From a virus (Duplodnaviria; Caudoviricetes), in IMG/VR virus record IMGVR_UViG_3300020380_000280, positions 1 through 42,025 of that record: DNA of 42,025 nt. One strand, given 5' to 3'. Positions 18,266-29,372 of this stretch are shown in pieces. The notes beneath the pieces are model-generated. The model was not told the DNA's origin and searched no databases. It worked only from the letters and a program-made list of their open reading frames with translations. The stretch's first letter is position 1; each line of letters begins with the position of its first letter. The translations under genes were made by a program, and so were the position numbers.

Positions 18266-18639
18266 TAATCAAAGTCATCTCGCACTTGGAACTTAATTAA
18301 ATCTTGTACAGTTTGGATTCCACCACCGCTTGTAGTGTGCTCTATTTCACCTTCGAATGTGCCTGAAGTTGTCCAAGTACCACTTGGAAAAGCCACAGTA
18401 ACCTGTCCGTTTGCAGCACCTGTAACCGTAGCGGTAATTGTACTTAACACAGTAGTAGATCCTACTTCACGTATTCTAAAACGTACGGTGCTACCAGATA
18501 AATTTACTGCTGCCCATGTTGTACTATCATCAGCGTCCAACGTTTTACCGGCAGCTGCGGTATTACTGTCTTTTAAAGTAAAGTTCAACTCAGGTAGAGT
18601 ATCACCTACTACTAATTTTATTGTTGATGAATAAGCCAT
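18265..18639 (-). CDS. BppU-N-like Ig-fold structural protein
   Basis: GDTLP.L.FTL.D, VNLSG.TVRF, G.F.GE.E and FQVR pattern. Confidence 0.55.
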   Translation of the reverse strand: MAYSSTIKLVVGDTLPELNFTLKDSNTAAAGKTLDADDSTTWAAVNLSGSTVRFRIREVGSTTVLSTITATVTGAANGQVTVAFPSGTWTTSGTFEGEIEHTTSGGGIQTVQDLIKFQVRDDFD

Positions 18640-18660
18640 AATTTACCTCATTATATATTA

Positions 18661-21600
18661 TTAAAATGCGCCCGCGAAGGGTTGGTAATCTTTAAATTGA
18701 GCGTCACCTTTTATTAAATCTTCTAATCTCTGTGCACTTGGGCCTAGTAGACTTGTGTAGAACTCATCTCCAAACCTCCCCGCTTCAAACATAGGGAACA
18801 ACATAGTCCATGCTCCAAATGCTCCAGAACGGTCAGCAGCCTCTAGTAAATACTCACCATAACCCATTTCATTTGTTCTAAATTTACTAAAATCAAAAAC
18901 ACCCGCCTCAGTGTTTGAATTAAAATCTACTGTTCCTGAAAGAGGAGAAAGTAAAAATTTTAATAGCTCACGTAGTTCCATACCTACCATTGCTAATGGT
19001 AATAGTGCAGTAAGGGCTAAAACTGCAGGTAACGCAGCAGCAGGTATCCTACCTTCCCGACCATAGGTACTTTGAACATTTCTAATTACACCACCTATAA
19101 TATTCTTACCATACGCGTAGAAGAATGATTTAAGTTGAAATATCAAAGCTGTGTATGGGTTAGAAGCCCAACCTGGTCTTTCTGCAGCATTCGGACGTAC
19201 AACCGATTCTTCGGTAAATCTAGCTATCGCATCTTGTACTTCTCTATGTTGGGGGTCGCTAAAATCCCAATCAGAGTCTTGCGCTGCTTTTATTTGTTCC
19301 GGTGTAACTTGTAGCTCAGCTAAATAAGCTTTTGATTTGGCAGAGTTGTCATTAGCATGCTTAATAAGAAACTGTCGGCCCATACCAGCAGCAAAAATTC
19401 TTGTAAATCTTGTGTACCATTCTAGTCCAGTAAATTTAAAAAACTGTTGGGTATAGTATTTTGTTCCTTCTGTCATATAACCCAACTCTCCGGCATTAAT
19501 GTACATTTGTGAAATAGAATCAAAGCCAATTACACCTACATCACGCGCAAACTGTTCTAACTCTTTTCTATTTGCCCAAGTATCTTTTACTGAGTTTATA
19601 AAAGTACTACTAAAAATACTCATTTCTTTAGATCGTAATGCTGGGCCAGCTAAATCTGGTAAAGAAGCAACAGTGGCAAAAGTTAAGTATGTCATGACAT
19701 TTAAAGCCAATAGATAACTTTGTACAGTCCTTAACCAACCAGGCATATTCATACCTGCCCTTCCTAACATAGCTTGGACTGCTTTTCTTGCGCGTCCTCT
19801 ATCTCTATCGTTGTCTATTCGATTAATTAAAATTTCTGCTGCTCTAGGACCAAAATAAATTACACCCTCTTGTTTTTTATCTAATTGGTTTAAATTATTT
19901 GCAATATCTTTTTTAGTTATTTTTACACGAACTTTTTTCTTAAATTCTATTTTTTTAACATTCTCAGAAATATATTTTCGGACTGCGTGGTGCGCAGGAA
20001 TAATTAAATCACCAATACCTTCTATGTTACGTAAGTCAGCGTTATTAGTTATGTTTATAAAAAGAGGTCGTCTATCTTTTTGCATACCAATAGATAAGTC
20101 TGCAGCTCCTTCTGCTTCTATAGCATCAAGACTTTCATCATACAAAACCATTTTATCTACTGCATTTCTTAATTCTTCTGTAGTAGATTTAGGGTTGTAT
20201 TTTTTTAAAACTTTTACTAAAGCTTCTCTTGCTTCGGGTTCTGCAGCTAACTTAGCTATGTCAAACTGCCTAGTAAAGAAAGTTATATTTTTTTGAACTT
20301 TAGGTTTTTTAGGATTTATTTCATTAGGTAAAAGATAATCATCATAAAACTTCTCAAAGTACTTAAGAACATCTAAGGCTTTACCTCCATCTACTTGCAC
20401 AGAGTTACCATCTTTATCTATTACTACAAGGTTATTCGCTGCATTAGGTCTTTCTGCTAATGGCAGAGCAGCTAGTTGTTCAGCTCCCTCTAAAATATTA
20501 TCAATATTAGCTAAATCTTCTTGTGTGGGGTCTTTTACTATATTAAATATTTTATAAAAATCATTAATATATCTGTACTGCACTACAGGGTGGTAGTTAA
20601 AGAAACCGGTCGCTTCTACAGTTTGAGATCTAGAGTAAAGAGCTTTACCGAGTTCTGGAGATACTAAACGTAAAAAGTTATCTGCTGGAGCTAAGATGTA
20701 CACTAAGAATTTGTAAATATCATTAGCTGCTTCACTTTTTAAAATCTTTTTAATTAAAGCTTCAAAACGAGTAGCATTCTTTTTACCTACTGCTTTTTGT
20801 ACAACATCAGCACTACCTTGGACCCAATTATCTATGTCTTTAGACTCGGTAACCGATATACCTACATTCTCCCTATTGAGACCTCGTTTAACTGCTTCTA
20901 TTACCCCAAAAGCATACTCATTAAATATTGGGTTTGTATCAAACCTACCTATTTGAAACTCGCTTAAGGTATTAAATAAAACGCGCACTTTCCTTGCTAA
21001 GGCGGTAAAGTAAGAACGTACAGTTTTTTTATTTCTATTTTCTAAACCTACAAACTCCCTTCGTAATTCCATAAGAGTTTTAGGTAATTGTTCTTTCCAA
21101 ATAGTATTATCTTGGGTATGTGTTATTTTTCTATTACCTGTATCTAATAAAGCTTTTCTATGGTCGGCGTTTTGTTCTAAAGAAGCCCTAATTAAGTCTT
21201 TCATTAACTTAAGGTTAGTAGCTCTATTTTCTTTTAAGAAACCTTTAATTTTTACATTACCAGTTCCCCAACGTGGGTTGTTGTAAATTTTTTCATCAAA
21301 CTTGCCTGACTTAAGAGTCTGATAAGCATGCTCAACACTTTGAAACTGAACACCAGTATTTTCATTAGTAGGTTTAGAAAACCTCGAAAATGTTTTTCTA
21401 TCATACTTTTCTCCACCCTCTACTACTCCAGTAACTCTAAATCTAAATGGACGTGCCTTAAGATTACTTAAGTCAGTATTTTGATTTGCGCCAGCATAAA
21501 TGTTTACAGGTGTTCTTTCTATGGCAATTTCTCTAGGTAAATTCTCCTTAACTGTTCCTTCTTGTTCTAATAAAAATGCACCTGCTTTATCTGCATACCA

Positions 21601-24600
21601 CTCCTCAAATGGAAAATCTCTGCTTTGATAATTATATCCGGGCTCGCCCCTTATCTCTCTAGTAAATAATGCAAAAGACTCATCAGCATAAGCTCTATAC
21701 AAAGCTTCTCCTTTTTTAAAATCTGCTTCGGTAATCCCAAGAGCTTTTATAGCGTCTTCATCAGTCTCAAAAGTCTGATTTTCTGTACCATAAAATTGCA
21801 TTCTACCAAGTCCAAGTCTTGCACTCTCAAATTTAAATAATACATGCCCTAATTCATGTGCAAGTGCATAAGTCATAAAAGTACTTTTAGCAGCATTTTG
21901 GACAAGTGGGTCTTGAGTTTCTAATTGATTTTCTATAAAAGCAGAATCTGGGTTAAGAACTACAAACGCATATTTAGGCAATCCTGTAAGTGGTCCATCC
22001 TGATGCATAACACTCAAAACAGATGCAGGTTGACCCGAAGCTCTGTTCTGGTCCTGCAGATTCCTAACTACCAGATTTAAAGGTGCCCCAGTTTGAGTTT
22101 TCATGTCGGTTGGGAAATTAACTTCGTCATCTATACCTAAAACGAACACTTTTGTCGTTACTCCAAAACCTTTCATTTTTTTAGATAACTCACTAATAAA
22201 ACGTTCACCAGAACTATCAGCTACATCTTTAGTAAATTTTGGGTCTTTAATATCAAAAATATTTGCCATCCCTTGGCTTACTTTTATTTCTCCCAACTCC
22301 ATGTCTATTGCGTCTGGGTCGGTTTCAAATTTAGTATTAAATACAGGTGTTCCTTTGTACGCTGCGTCTTCTTGCCCTTTAAGTTTTACAGGAGGTTGCG
22401 CTAAGATTATTCCTTGTGCTAACTGCGGAAAAATATCCATTAGCATTTTATTACCTAAATCTGTTTGTTCTACAGTTGTGGATACCTCACTTATAGGTGT
22501 TCTTTCCATAGGAACTCTACGAGGTTTCTCCATGTTATAAAGAGAAGCTCTTGAACCTGCGCCGTTTAAGACTTCTATATTGTTATCTCTTATAAAGTTG
22601 GTTATTGTCGCTGCTGAAGTTCCGGGACTAACAATTAAAAAAGGTCTACCAAGTTCTTCAGCAAACTTAACGGTTAGTTGAGAGCCGCGGCCGAGTGACC
22701 CATCTTCTTTAGTCAAAATAATAGTACCGTCAGAATCTTCAACATTTTTTCTAGTTCTTGCTGAGTAATCTGAGGATTCTCCTTCTACTACATTAAACTG
22801 AGGCCCTAAAGAAAGACTTACTCCACCTTCTACTTTAAAACCTTTTGGAGCAGTACCACCAGTTTCTAAACCCATCGCTTTTGCCATATAAAGAAAGAAC
22901 TGGTCAGCACCAAGTTGCCCACCTGATATTATTCTTTTTAATGGTGTTTTTTCATTTAATCTATCTAAAGTACTTTGTTCTGCTGCTGTTAAAGTTTTAC
23001 CGTCCTGTACTTTTTTCAGTAAAGCCCCCTGTCTTTTTCGATCTTTTCTAGGTTGTTCCTCTTTTTCTATTCTTGAACGCATTTTTTGTTCCTGTTCCGC
23101 TGCTTGCGCTTGTTTTTGTAAACTTACAGGGTCTCTTTCTAAAGCTGGATCAAGTGGGGGTGGAGACAACCTAGCACTTTCAAACCTTGCATCCCCTCGT
23201 AAACTCACTTCGTTTGGAGTTAAAGGATAACGTTTTTCTTTTTGTGCAGGAGTTCCCGGTAAAACTAAATCTTTAGATTTTGTTACAAAAATTTTCTTAC
23301 CATTTTTATATTGAGGTACTGCATATTTAATTGGAGGAAATCCAATAGTTTTTTGTGGGGGTTGCGCTCCTAAAGGACCTTGATAATCTAAGTCCTCCCC
23401 GACATTTTCTCTCATATCTTGATCTTCACCGAGAGGTTTTTCTAAATCTACTTTGTCGAAATCCCCAAACTCGGTGTTCAACTCATATTGTAAATTGTTG
23501 TACTGATACTCTAACTTTGTTAACTGTTTACCAATTGATTTCTGTCGTTTAATTAAACTTTCACGCTCTTTTTCGGATATACCACGATTGTTTATTTGAG
23601 TGTTTAAATTTGCATATAGTTGGCTAACCGGCGCTATCTCTGCTTCTAAGTCTGCTAACTCATCCAATCTGCTGGTTAAGCTTTTAATACCCCTTGTAGG
23701 TATGGTAAATAACGACTCACTACCACCTTCTTCTATATATCTTTTACGAGCTAGACTATTAGCAAGGGCGTTTATGTCAGATTTATCAACAAATATTCCA
23801 GCTGTAGTAGCAAACCCTATTCCACCTAGTTCTTGTTTTACATCTTTTAAGATATCTAAATATTTTTGAAATTCTAAGGAACTTACCTCTCTCGCTACTA
23901 GCGATCCAGTTAAAGAAAATTGTTGTAGTTGAAGTGGACTAAGTAATTGTGCAGGTTTATCTGAGGCTATTCTTCTATAAAACATAGGTACGTCTGCTAA
24001 ATTTTGACCTTCGGTGCTTATGAGTTTTGTTTCATTAGTCATTGGCGAGTAGAGGTCTTCCTTCATAACCACTTCAAACCCATACTTTTTAAGCTCCGCA
24101 AAAATTTCGGGCACCATAGTTGCCAAAGCAATGTTATAAGCTCTAGTTCTATTACCTCCTACACTTTCCAAAAGCTCTTCTATACTCATATTAAAATCTT
24201 GTTTTATTTGAGGGAAGATTTTTACTGCTTGAGTTAATAAAGTGTATAAATTGACAGCCACATCATTTCCAGCAAAATTAACTTCTTTATCTCCATACCC
24301 TAAAGTGGCACCCGCTTCTGCATTTCTAACTCTTATTTTAAAATAAGAACTAGCCTGTGATACTTCACCACCACCTGTTGTAGATAAGAATTTAAAACCT
24401 TCTATAACTGCCGTTTCAACTAAATCTAAAGCTTTAGCTTCTACAGTTTGTGGTTCAAAAGTACCAAAAACATAAGCATTGGCATCGTCGGGATCTTGGA
24501 TAATTGTTAAATCAGGTCCAATATCTGGGTCTGTACCAGCTCGGCTATCTCGTTGCCTAAAGTATTCTCTTAATAAACTTCTACTATACGTCTGCATTCT

Positions 24601-26934
24601 AGGAGAATTTATATCTGTAATTCCTAACTCTGTTCTTTCTTGTTCAGTAAGAGAGTCAAAATACCTTTGACGTAAATCTATTAACTCTTGGTCTTCAGTA
24701 GAAAACTCTCCTGTTTCTTCATTTACTTTTGGTTGGTAAGTTGTTTTTTTATATTTTCTAGCATCAGTTCTTACAACTCCTCCCTTTGTTTTTTTATCTC
24801 CACCTTTTTTTAATTTATCTAATCTTCTTTTTTGAGAAAGCGTCAGACCCCCCTCTTTTTCAAGTTTTTTTAATTGTTGTAGTTCCGTTTCAGCACGTAG
24901 TAGTACTTCGGGTTGTGCAGTTAATCTAGCGTCTTCTAATTGAGCACCAAATAACCCTCCGCTCTGCTGCTCTGATAACCTTTCAAGAATCTCTTCAATT
25001 GGTTCACCTGTTCTTTGCGATTCTTCTTGAGCTACTTTATATATTTCAAAAGGACTTAACCCAGACAAAGCAGCAGAATCTCCTTCATTATCATCAAACG
25101 CTTCTGTTACATCTATCTCATCTAAAGATGGCTCATCTTCAAAGTTCATATTATTTATATCTAAGTCAGCTGTCGTAAATACTCTTACGTTAGCTTCCGG
25201 ATATTTATCTTGGAGTTTAGTTCTTTCTTCTTGTATTTGAAATTGATTAACTTCTTTGGTGGCAATAATACGCCCATCAGCATTAAAAACTTTAATTGTG
25301 TGAGTAGCGTTATCTACTACATCGCTAAGTTCTTCACCATCCAAAGCTTCAATTACTGCATCTCTAAACGCTACATTTCTTCTTGTTTTTTCTTCGTTAC
25401 TTATGACATTTGCGTCGTCAGCCGAAATATTTGCTTGATATAAATTATTAGCTTTTTTCATCGCCTCTGGAGTACCAACTACTACTCCACCTTTATACGG
25501 CACAGCTACAGTCCTATCCCCAAAATTTACCTCTGGATACATATCTTGATAAGTCTCAACTTCTGCTTGTGGTAGAAACATAACTTGTTTTGGAGATCCA
25601 ACTTCAGCTTGGACTGTTTCAATAGTTTTTTCTAAAGCATCAGTATTACCTGCTTCATTTATTATTTGTGCTTGGTAATCGATAGCATCAGCTTTACCTC
25701 TTGCCATAGCATCGGTAACTTTACTCATAATTGGGCTTACTGCTCCTCCCACTGCCCCTCGAGCACCTCCAGCAAAAAATCCAGCAAAAGCAGCTTCAGC
25801 TAACCTTAACTTAGCTTCTTCATTAGCATACGTAGGGTCAATCGCAAACCTTTGGGCTATACCTAAACCTTCTTGACCTACCTCAGTAACACCTTCAACG
25901 GCACCTGATGCAATAAAACCTTTTCCTATCTCTCTGATAGCAGAAGAGAAAATATTTTTTTCTGGTCCAGAATATAAATCTAAAAAGGCTTGTTCTTTTT
26001 CAGTTAGTTCTTTTTTATTAATTTTCTTTTGAAAAATAGCGTAAGCCTTTTTTTCATTTTTTGTTAAGTTCTGTACTCCAAAAGTTTGTGCTTTTCTATC
26101 TAAAGCAACTAAAGGACTTTTTTTCAAAGAGGCTTTTAAAAAAGCATTAGCAAAAATAGTTTCAGAGGCAGTACCTAATACTGCTTGTGGAATACCTAAT
26201 AGTGCCGCCTGTGCGGCTTCAGCACGGGTTAACTCTATACCAGATTCTTGAAATTCAGAGGCGGACTGAGAGCTACCTACCACGTATTCTTGACCAAAAG
26301 CCCCTGCGATACCCCCACGTTTTGCCCATTTTGCATACCCAAGACCTTCGTGTATTAGTACCGCTTCTTCCGGAGTAAGTTTAAGACCTTTGTCTTTTTT
26401 CTTAATTGCCTCTTTTAACAGCAGGTCTAGGGGTTTTTTAGTAAGAGTCCTAGCTCCAAATTTTCCTAACATACCAACACCAGCCCCAGCTAAACCGGAA
26501 CTAAGTGAACTTAACATCATAGGAGTAAATTGACCTAAAGCTTTTGTTACTTGAGTAAAAAAACCATCAAGAGTAGGTTCTTCAAGGAAATTTTCAAAGG
26601 GTTGTATTTGATTTAATAAGTCGCCGGATATAGCATCATAACTTTCTGCAAGCTCTAAATTCTTTTGGGCTGCTTCATCAAAACCAAATAACATTTGGCC
26701 GAGTCCCTGAAATCTATCAACATCCCCTGTTAGCTGAGCGCTACCACCACGAACGGCATTAGAAAAAACTTCACCTAAACCTTGAGGGGAGGCATCTATA
26801 TCTTCTCGTAAAGGAGTTCCAACAGGGGACACGCGTTCCACCTCTTGTCGAAGTAACTCTTTATCAACTCTTTCTTGTTGGTTTGCGGTGTCCTCTGGAA
26901 TACCAAAAATTGCGTCCGCTAAATTTTTAGCCAT
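18661..26934 (-). CDS. Giant internal virion / DNA-ejection protein (2757 aa), polyvalent: SLOG, zincin-like peptidase and NADAR domains
   Basis: Gly/Ala-rich amphipathic N-terminus, IISGGQLGAD..RTRKNVEDSDGT..VLNGAGSR, HELGH, LSNL..FQSVEHAYQ..K..LLDTG..LMELR, and C-terminal IFQLKSF. Confidence 0.8.
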   Translation of the reverse strand: MAKNLADAIFGIPEDTANQQERVDKELLRQEVERVSPVGTPLREDIDASPQGLGEVFSNAVRGGSAQLTGDVDRFQGLGQMLFGFDEAAQKNLELAESYDAISGDLLNQIQPFENFLEEPTLDGFFTQVTKALGQFTPMMLSSLSSGLAGAGVGMLGKFGARTLTKKPLDLLLKEAIKKKDKGLKLTPEEAVLIHEGLGYAKWAKRGGIAGAFGQEYVVGSSQSASEFQESGIELTRAEAAQAALLGIPQAVLGTASETIFANAFLKASLKKSPLVALDRKAQTFGVQNLTKNEKKAYAIFQKKINKKELTEKEQAFLDLYSGPEKNIFSSAIREIGKGFIASGAVEGVTEVGQEGLGIAQRFAIDPTYANEEAKLRLAEAAFAGFFAGGARGAVGGAVSPIMSKVTDAMARGKADAIDYQAQIINEAGNTDALEKTIETVQAEVGSPKQVMFLPQAEVETYQDMYPEVNFGDRTVAVPYKGGVVVGTPEAMKKANNLYQANISADDANVISNEEKTRRNVAFRDAVIEALDGEELSDVVDNATHTIKVFNADGRIIATKEVNQFQIQEERTKLQDKYPEANVRVFTTADLDINNMNFEDEPSLDEIDVTEAFDDNEGDSAALSGLSPFEIYKVAQEESQRTGEPIEEILERLSEQQSGGLFGAQLEDARLTAQPEVLLRAETELQQLKKLEKEGGLTLSQKRRLDKLKKGGDKKTKGGVVRTDARKYKKTTYQPKVNEETGEFSTEDQELIDLRQRYFDSLTEQERTELGITDINSPRMQTYSRSLLREYFRQRDSRAGTDPDIGPDLTIIQDPDDANAYVFGTFEPQTVEAKALDLVETAVIEGFKFLSTTGGGEVSQASSYFKIRVRNAEAGATLGYGDKEVNFAGNDVAVNLYTLLTQAVKIFPQIKQDFNMSIEELLESVGGNRTRAYNIALATMVPEIFAELKKYGFEVVMKEDLYSPMTNETKLISTEGQNLADVPMFYRRIASDKPAQLLSPLQLQQFSLTGSLVAREVSSLEFQKYLDILKDVKQELGGIGFATTAGIFVDKSDINALANSLARKRYIEEGGSESLFTIPTRGIKSLTSRLDELADLEAEIAPVSQLYANLNTQINNRGISEKERESLIKRQKSIGKQLTKLEYQYNNLQYELNTEFGDFDKVDLEKPLGEDQDMRENVGEDLDYQGPLGAQPPQKTIGFPPIKYAVPQYKNGKKIFVTKSKDLVLPGTPAQKEKRYPLTPNEVSLRGDARFESARLSPPPLDPALERDPVSLQKQAQAAEQEQKMRSRIEKEEQPRKDRKRQGALLKKVQDGKTLTAAEQSTLDRLNEKTPLKRIISGGQLGADQFFLYMAKAMGLETGGTAPKGFKVEGGVSLSLGPQFNVVEGESSDYSARTRKNVEDSDGTIILTKEDGSLGRGSQLTVKFAEELGRPFLIVSPGTSAATITNFIRDNNIEVLNGAGSRASLYNMEKPRRVPMERTPISEVSTTVEQTDLGNKMLMDIFPQLAQGIILAQPPVKLKGQEDAAYKGTPVFNTKFETDPDAIDMELGEIKVSQGMANIFDIKDPKFTKDVADSSGERFISELSKKMKGFGVTTKVFVLGIDDEVNFPTDMKTQTGAPLNLVVRNLQDQNRASGQPASVLSVMHQDGPLTGLPKYAFVVLNPDSAFIENQLETQDPLVQNAAKSTFMTYALAHELGHVLFKFESARLGLGRMQFYGTENQTFETDEDAIKALGITEADFKKGEALYRAYADESFALFTREIRGEPGYNYQSRDFPFEEWYADKAGAFLLEQEGTVKENLPREIAIERTPVNIYAGANQNTDLSNLKARPFRFRVTGVVEGGEKYDRKTFSRFSKPTNENTGVQFQSVEHAYQTLKSGKFDEKIYNNPRWGTGNVKIKGFLKENRATNLKLMKDLIRASLEQNADHRKALLDTGNRKITHTQDNTIWKEQLPKTLMELRREFVGLENRNKKTVRSYFTALARKVRVLFNTLSEFQIGRFDTNPIFNEYAFGVIEAVKRGLNRENVGISVTESKDIDNWVQGSADVVQKAVGKKNATRFEALIKKILKSEAANDIYKFLVYILAPADNFLRLVSPELGKALYSRSQTVEATGFFNYHPVVQYRYINDFYKIFNIVKDPTQEDLANIDNILEGAEQLAALPLAERPNAANNLVVIDKDGNSVQVDGGKALDVLKYFEKFYDDYLLPNEINPKKPKVQKNITFFTRQFDIAKLAAEPEAREALVKVLKKYNPKSTTEELRNAVDKMVLYDESLDAIEAEGAADLSIGMQKDRRPLFINITNNADLRNIEGIGDLIIPAHHAVRKYISENVKKIEFKKKVRVKITKKDIANNLNQLDKKQEGVIYFGPRAAEILINRIDNDRDRGRARKAVQAMLGRAGMNMPGWLRTVQSYLLALNVMTYLTFATVASLPDLAGPALRSKEMSIFSSTFINSVKDTWANRKELEQFARDVGVIGFDSISQMYINAGELGYMTEGTKYYTQQFFKFTGLEWYTRFTRIFAAGMGRQFLIKHANDNSAKSKAYLAELQVTPEQIKAAQDSDWDFSDPQHREVQDAIARFTEESVVRPNAAERPGWASNPYTALIFQLKSFFYAYGKNIIGGVIRNVQSTYGREGRIPAAALPAVLALTALLPLAMVGMELRELLKFLLSPLSGTVDFNSNTEAGVFDFSKFRTNEMGYGEYLLEAADRSGAFGAWTMLFPMFEAGRFGDEFYTSLLGPSAQRLEDLIKGDAQFKDYQPFAGAF

Positions 26935-26936
26935 TG

Positions 26937-29372
26937 TTATTGGCTTTGCCCGCGGAATTCGTTTGCTTCTCCAGCGGCAATCAGAATATTAATAAATGAA
27001 TTAGAAAATCCCTCTTCCCTTAGGTCGTCTATTGTATAAGGTATATCACCAATTCTTATTCCTGTAACTTTACCTTTTGATTTTGTTACTACTGCATCAA
27101 TATCATTGCCAAATAAATTTAAGTTACCGCCTCTAGCATACCCAAGACTAAATACCTCCCTCCAGAACTCGGGTTGTTGTTCAGCACTAAACCTTTTCAT
27201 AACCTCAATAAGTTGTTGAGCATAGTCTTGCTTATCTGCAGTTGTTCGTGCTTTTGTTTTTAAATCATTTATTAAAGGACTTATTCCTTTGAAATAGTCT
27301 TCATACTGAATTAATGTACTATCTTCGTTTAGTACGGAATCCCTTTTGAGCAGATTCAATTCACTTAATGTTGTTTTATATGGGTCAGAGAACTCAAGAT
27401 CTGACTGTGCTGCAGTTCTGTTTAAGCGACGATCTTGTTGGATTTGGCTAGCTAAAGAAGTGCCCTGTGTATTTAACATACCAGTTTCTATAAATGTACC
27501 TATACTTATATTGGTAAGATAAGGAGTAATAGGAGCATTTTTAGGTAAAGTAGCTAAACTAGATAAAACATATGAACGGACTATAGCTATATCTGCATTT
27601 TTTTGAGTCATCTTTCTAAAGTCCCCACCTGCTTTTATTAAAGCCTCTGTTAAAACTTTATTATCTTCTTCAGATATATTAATGCTATTTACTAGTTTAG
27701 TTATACCCTCGATATCGTTCTTTTCTATTAATTCAGCAAACTCATCTACTTGTTCCTTAGTGATTACTTCCTTTAATACTTTTTTAGCTTCGGGTGGTAC
27801 CTCATTACCTAATACTTTACTTTCGTCTATAACTCGCTTGCCATTTTGTTCAATTGTATATTTATTAGTAAAATCTTGTGGGGATAACTCTTTAAAATCT
27901 TTTGCAATCACTGGGTTTTTTAACATAATGTTAAGATTGTCAGATGTAGCGAGCTCTCGATAAATTTTATTATTTGTTATATGGATTCTAGATTCCTCAG
28001 TACTTAACCCCGGAGGGCCTTTCTTTATTTCACCTAATTTTTTATCTAATACAGTTTTAGTATTATTTACTGCCATTTCACCCAGTAAAGCCACCGCTTC
28101 TTTTTTCTGTTCATCATTAAGACTATTCCATTGCTTTTCAGTAAATGCCTCTTCTACATTTTGTAAATCATAATCTTTACCTAAAAATTCTCTACGGCGT
28201 CCTGCTTGTGCTTTAGCTTGTCTTTGCCCTCGACCACCTTGAAAAAAACTATCTAACAATTTAACAATATCTTTATCTGGTCGATTAAACCCACCGCCCG
28301 ATAAATAAGGACCTTTAACACCATCTACTACATAACCTTTAGCAACTTTTAGCTGATTTATGAGTGCTAGCCCCTCAGCATTTCTGCCATCTAAAGAAAA
28401 CCCAGTTTTGCTAAAATTCTTTGGATTAACTTCAATAACGCGATTTCCGGCTATAAAATTTTGTAATTTTTCATCATAATCGTCACCTTCTACTTGTGAC
28501 CAAATTTGTGCTAAAGAATCTCCCGTACCTCCAGTTGTTTGTATTTCATCATTGGTTTGTTTGTTTGTTTCAAATTCATCGCTAAGACCCGCTATTGTTT
28601 GAATAACAGTTTCTCTAGAAGTCGTTGGGTCATTTATTGTGTTGTAACTATTTAAAACATCATCCATAGTTAAATTTCTACTTGTTATTTGACTCATCAT
28701 ACGTATGCCCTGTTCGGTTCCAGCTGGGGCGGTTCCTAATAATTTTGCTTTTTTAGCATCGTAAATAACATCTAAATCACTACCTCTAACAGTAAAAGCC
28801 CCTAAAGACTCTCCACCATCGCTTTGGTTTCGCCCATCCATAGTGACATCGTTTTCTCTAATTGCAAAAGTGCCATCTTCATTAGGCACCATAGTAGTTA
28901 CTGAAGGATTGTAAACAACCTTACCATCTTCTCCTCGTTGTGCAGAGCTTTTTAAATCACCTAGATTTATTCTTTTAAAATCCGCATTTCCATCTTGTTT
29001 TAAGGCATCGTTAAACAAGTCTGGGTAAAATTTATTTAATTGGTCTGAATCTAAAAAAGGCAAAACTCCCTCTGAAAAGGTTAATGTGCCTTGTTGTTTC
29101 TTTTTATTACGTTCTGCTGCATAGGTACCAAAATCTCCATAAGCTGCTTCGTTCCAACCAGCTGGTACAACACCAGATTTTTCATACTCTAATATAACCG
29201 CATCCGCTTGCCTCTCTCCCTCTAACATGGAGTTTACTTCATTTAAAGATAAGTCCGCGGTTTCTTTTTTACTATAATTTTTCGCAAGAGGATTAAAAAG
29301 AAATTCTAGGAATTGACTCCCACTCATATCTTTATTCATGGTAAAAGTGCCATCTTTGTTTTGTATCGCCAT
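26937..29372 (-). CDS. Putative internal virion / ejection protein (811 aa)
   Basis: Helical, Cys-free; immediately upstream of the giant protein. Confidence 0.55.
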   Translation of the reverse strand: MAIQNKDGTFTMNKDMSGSQFLEFLFNPLAKNYSKKETADLSLNEVNSMLEGERQADAVILEYEKSGVVPAGWNEAAYGDFGTYAAERNKKKQQGTLTFSEGVLPFLDSDQLNKFYPDLFNDALKQDGNADFKRINLGDLKSSAQRGEDGKVVYNPSVTTMVPNEDGTFAIRENDVTMDGRNQSDGGESLGAFTVRGSDLDVIYDAKKAKLLGTAPAGTEQGIRMMSQITSRNLTMDDVLNSYNTINDPTTSRETVIQTIAGLSDEFETNKQTNDEIQTTGGTGDSLAQIWSQVEGDDYDEKLQNFIAGNRVIEVNPKNFSKTGFSLDGRNAEGLALINQLKVAKGYVVDGVKGPYLSGGGFNRPDKDIVKLLDSFFQGGRGQRQAKAQAGRRREFLGKDYDLQNVEEAFTEKQWNSLNDEQKKEAVALLGEMAVNNTKTVLDKKLGEIKKGPPGLSTEESRIHITNNKIYRELATSDNLNIMLKNPVIAKDFKELSPQDFTNKYTIEQNGKRVIDESKVLGNEVPPEAKKVLKEVITKEQVDEFAELIEKNDIEGITKLVNSINISEEDNKVLTEALIKAGGDFRKMTQKNADIAIVRSYVLSSLATLPKNAPITPYLTNISIGTFIETGMLNTQGTSLASQIQQDRRLNRTAAQSDLEFSDPYKTTLSELNLLKRDSVLNEDSTLIQYEDYFKGISPLINDLKTKARTTADKQDYAQQLIEVMKRFSAEQQPEFWREVFSLGYARGGNLNLFGNDIDAVVTKSKGKVTGIRIGDIPYTIDDLREEGFSNSFINILIAAGEANEFRGQSQ

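Noticed and set aside
22536-22940. Molybdenum cofactor carrier function
   Set aside because: That is a legacy family name for this SLOG clade; there is no Moco pathway context.
18661-26934. Giant protein as a virion RNA polymerase (N4- or crAss-like)
   Set aside because: No Rx3Kx7YG or DxDxD catalytic motif found by eye; GDFDKVD does not fit. A very divergent fold cannot be excluded without structure prediction.
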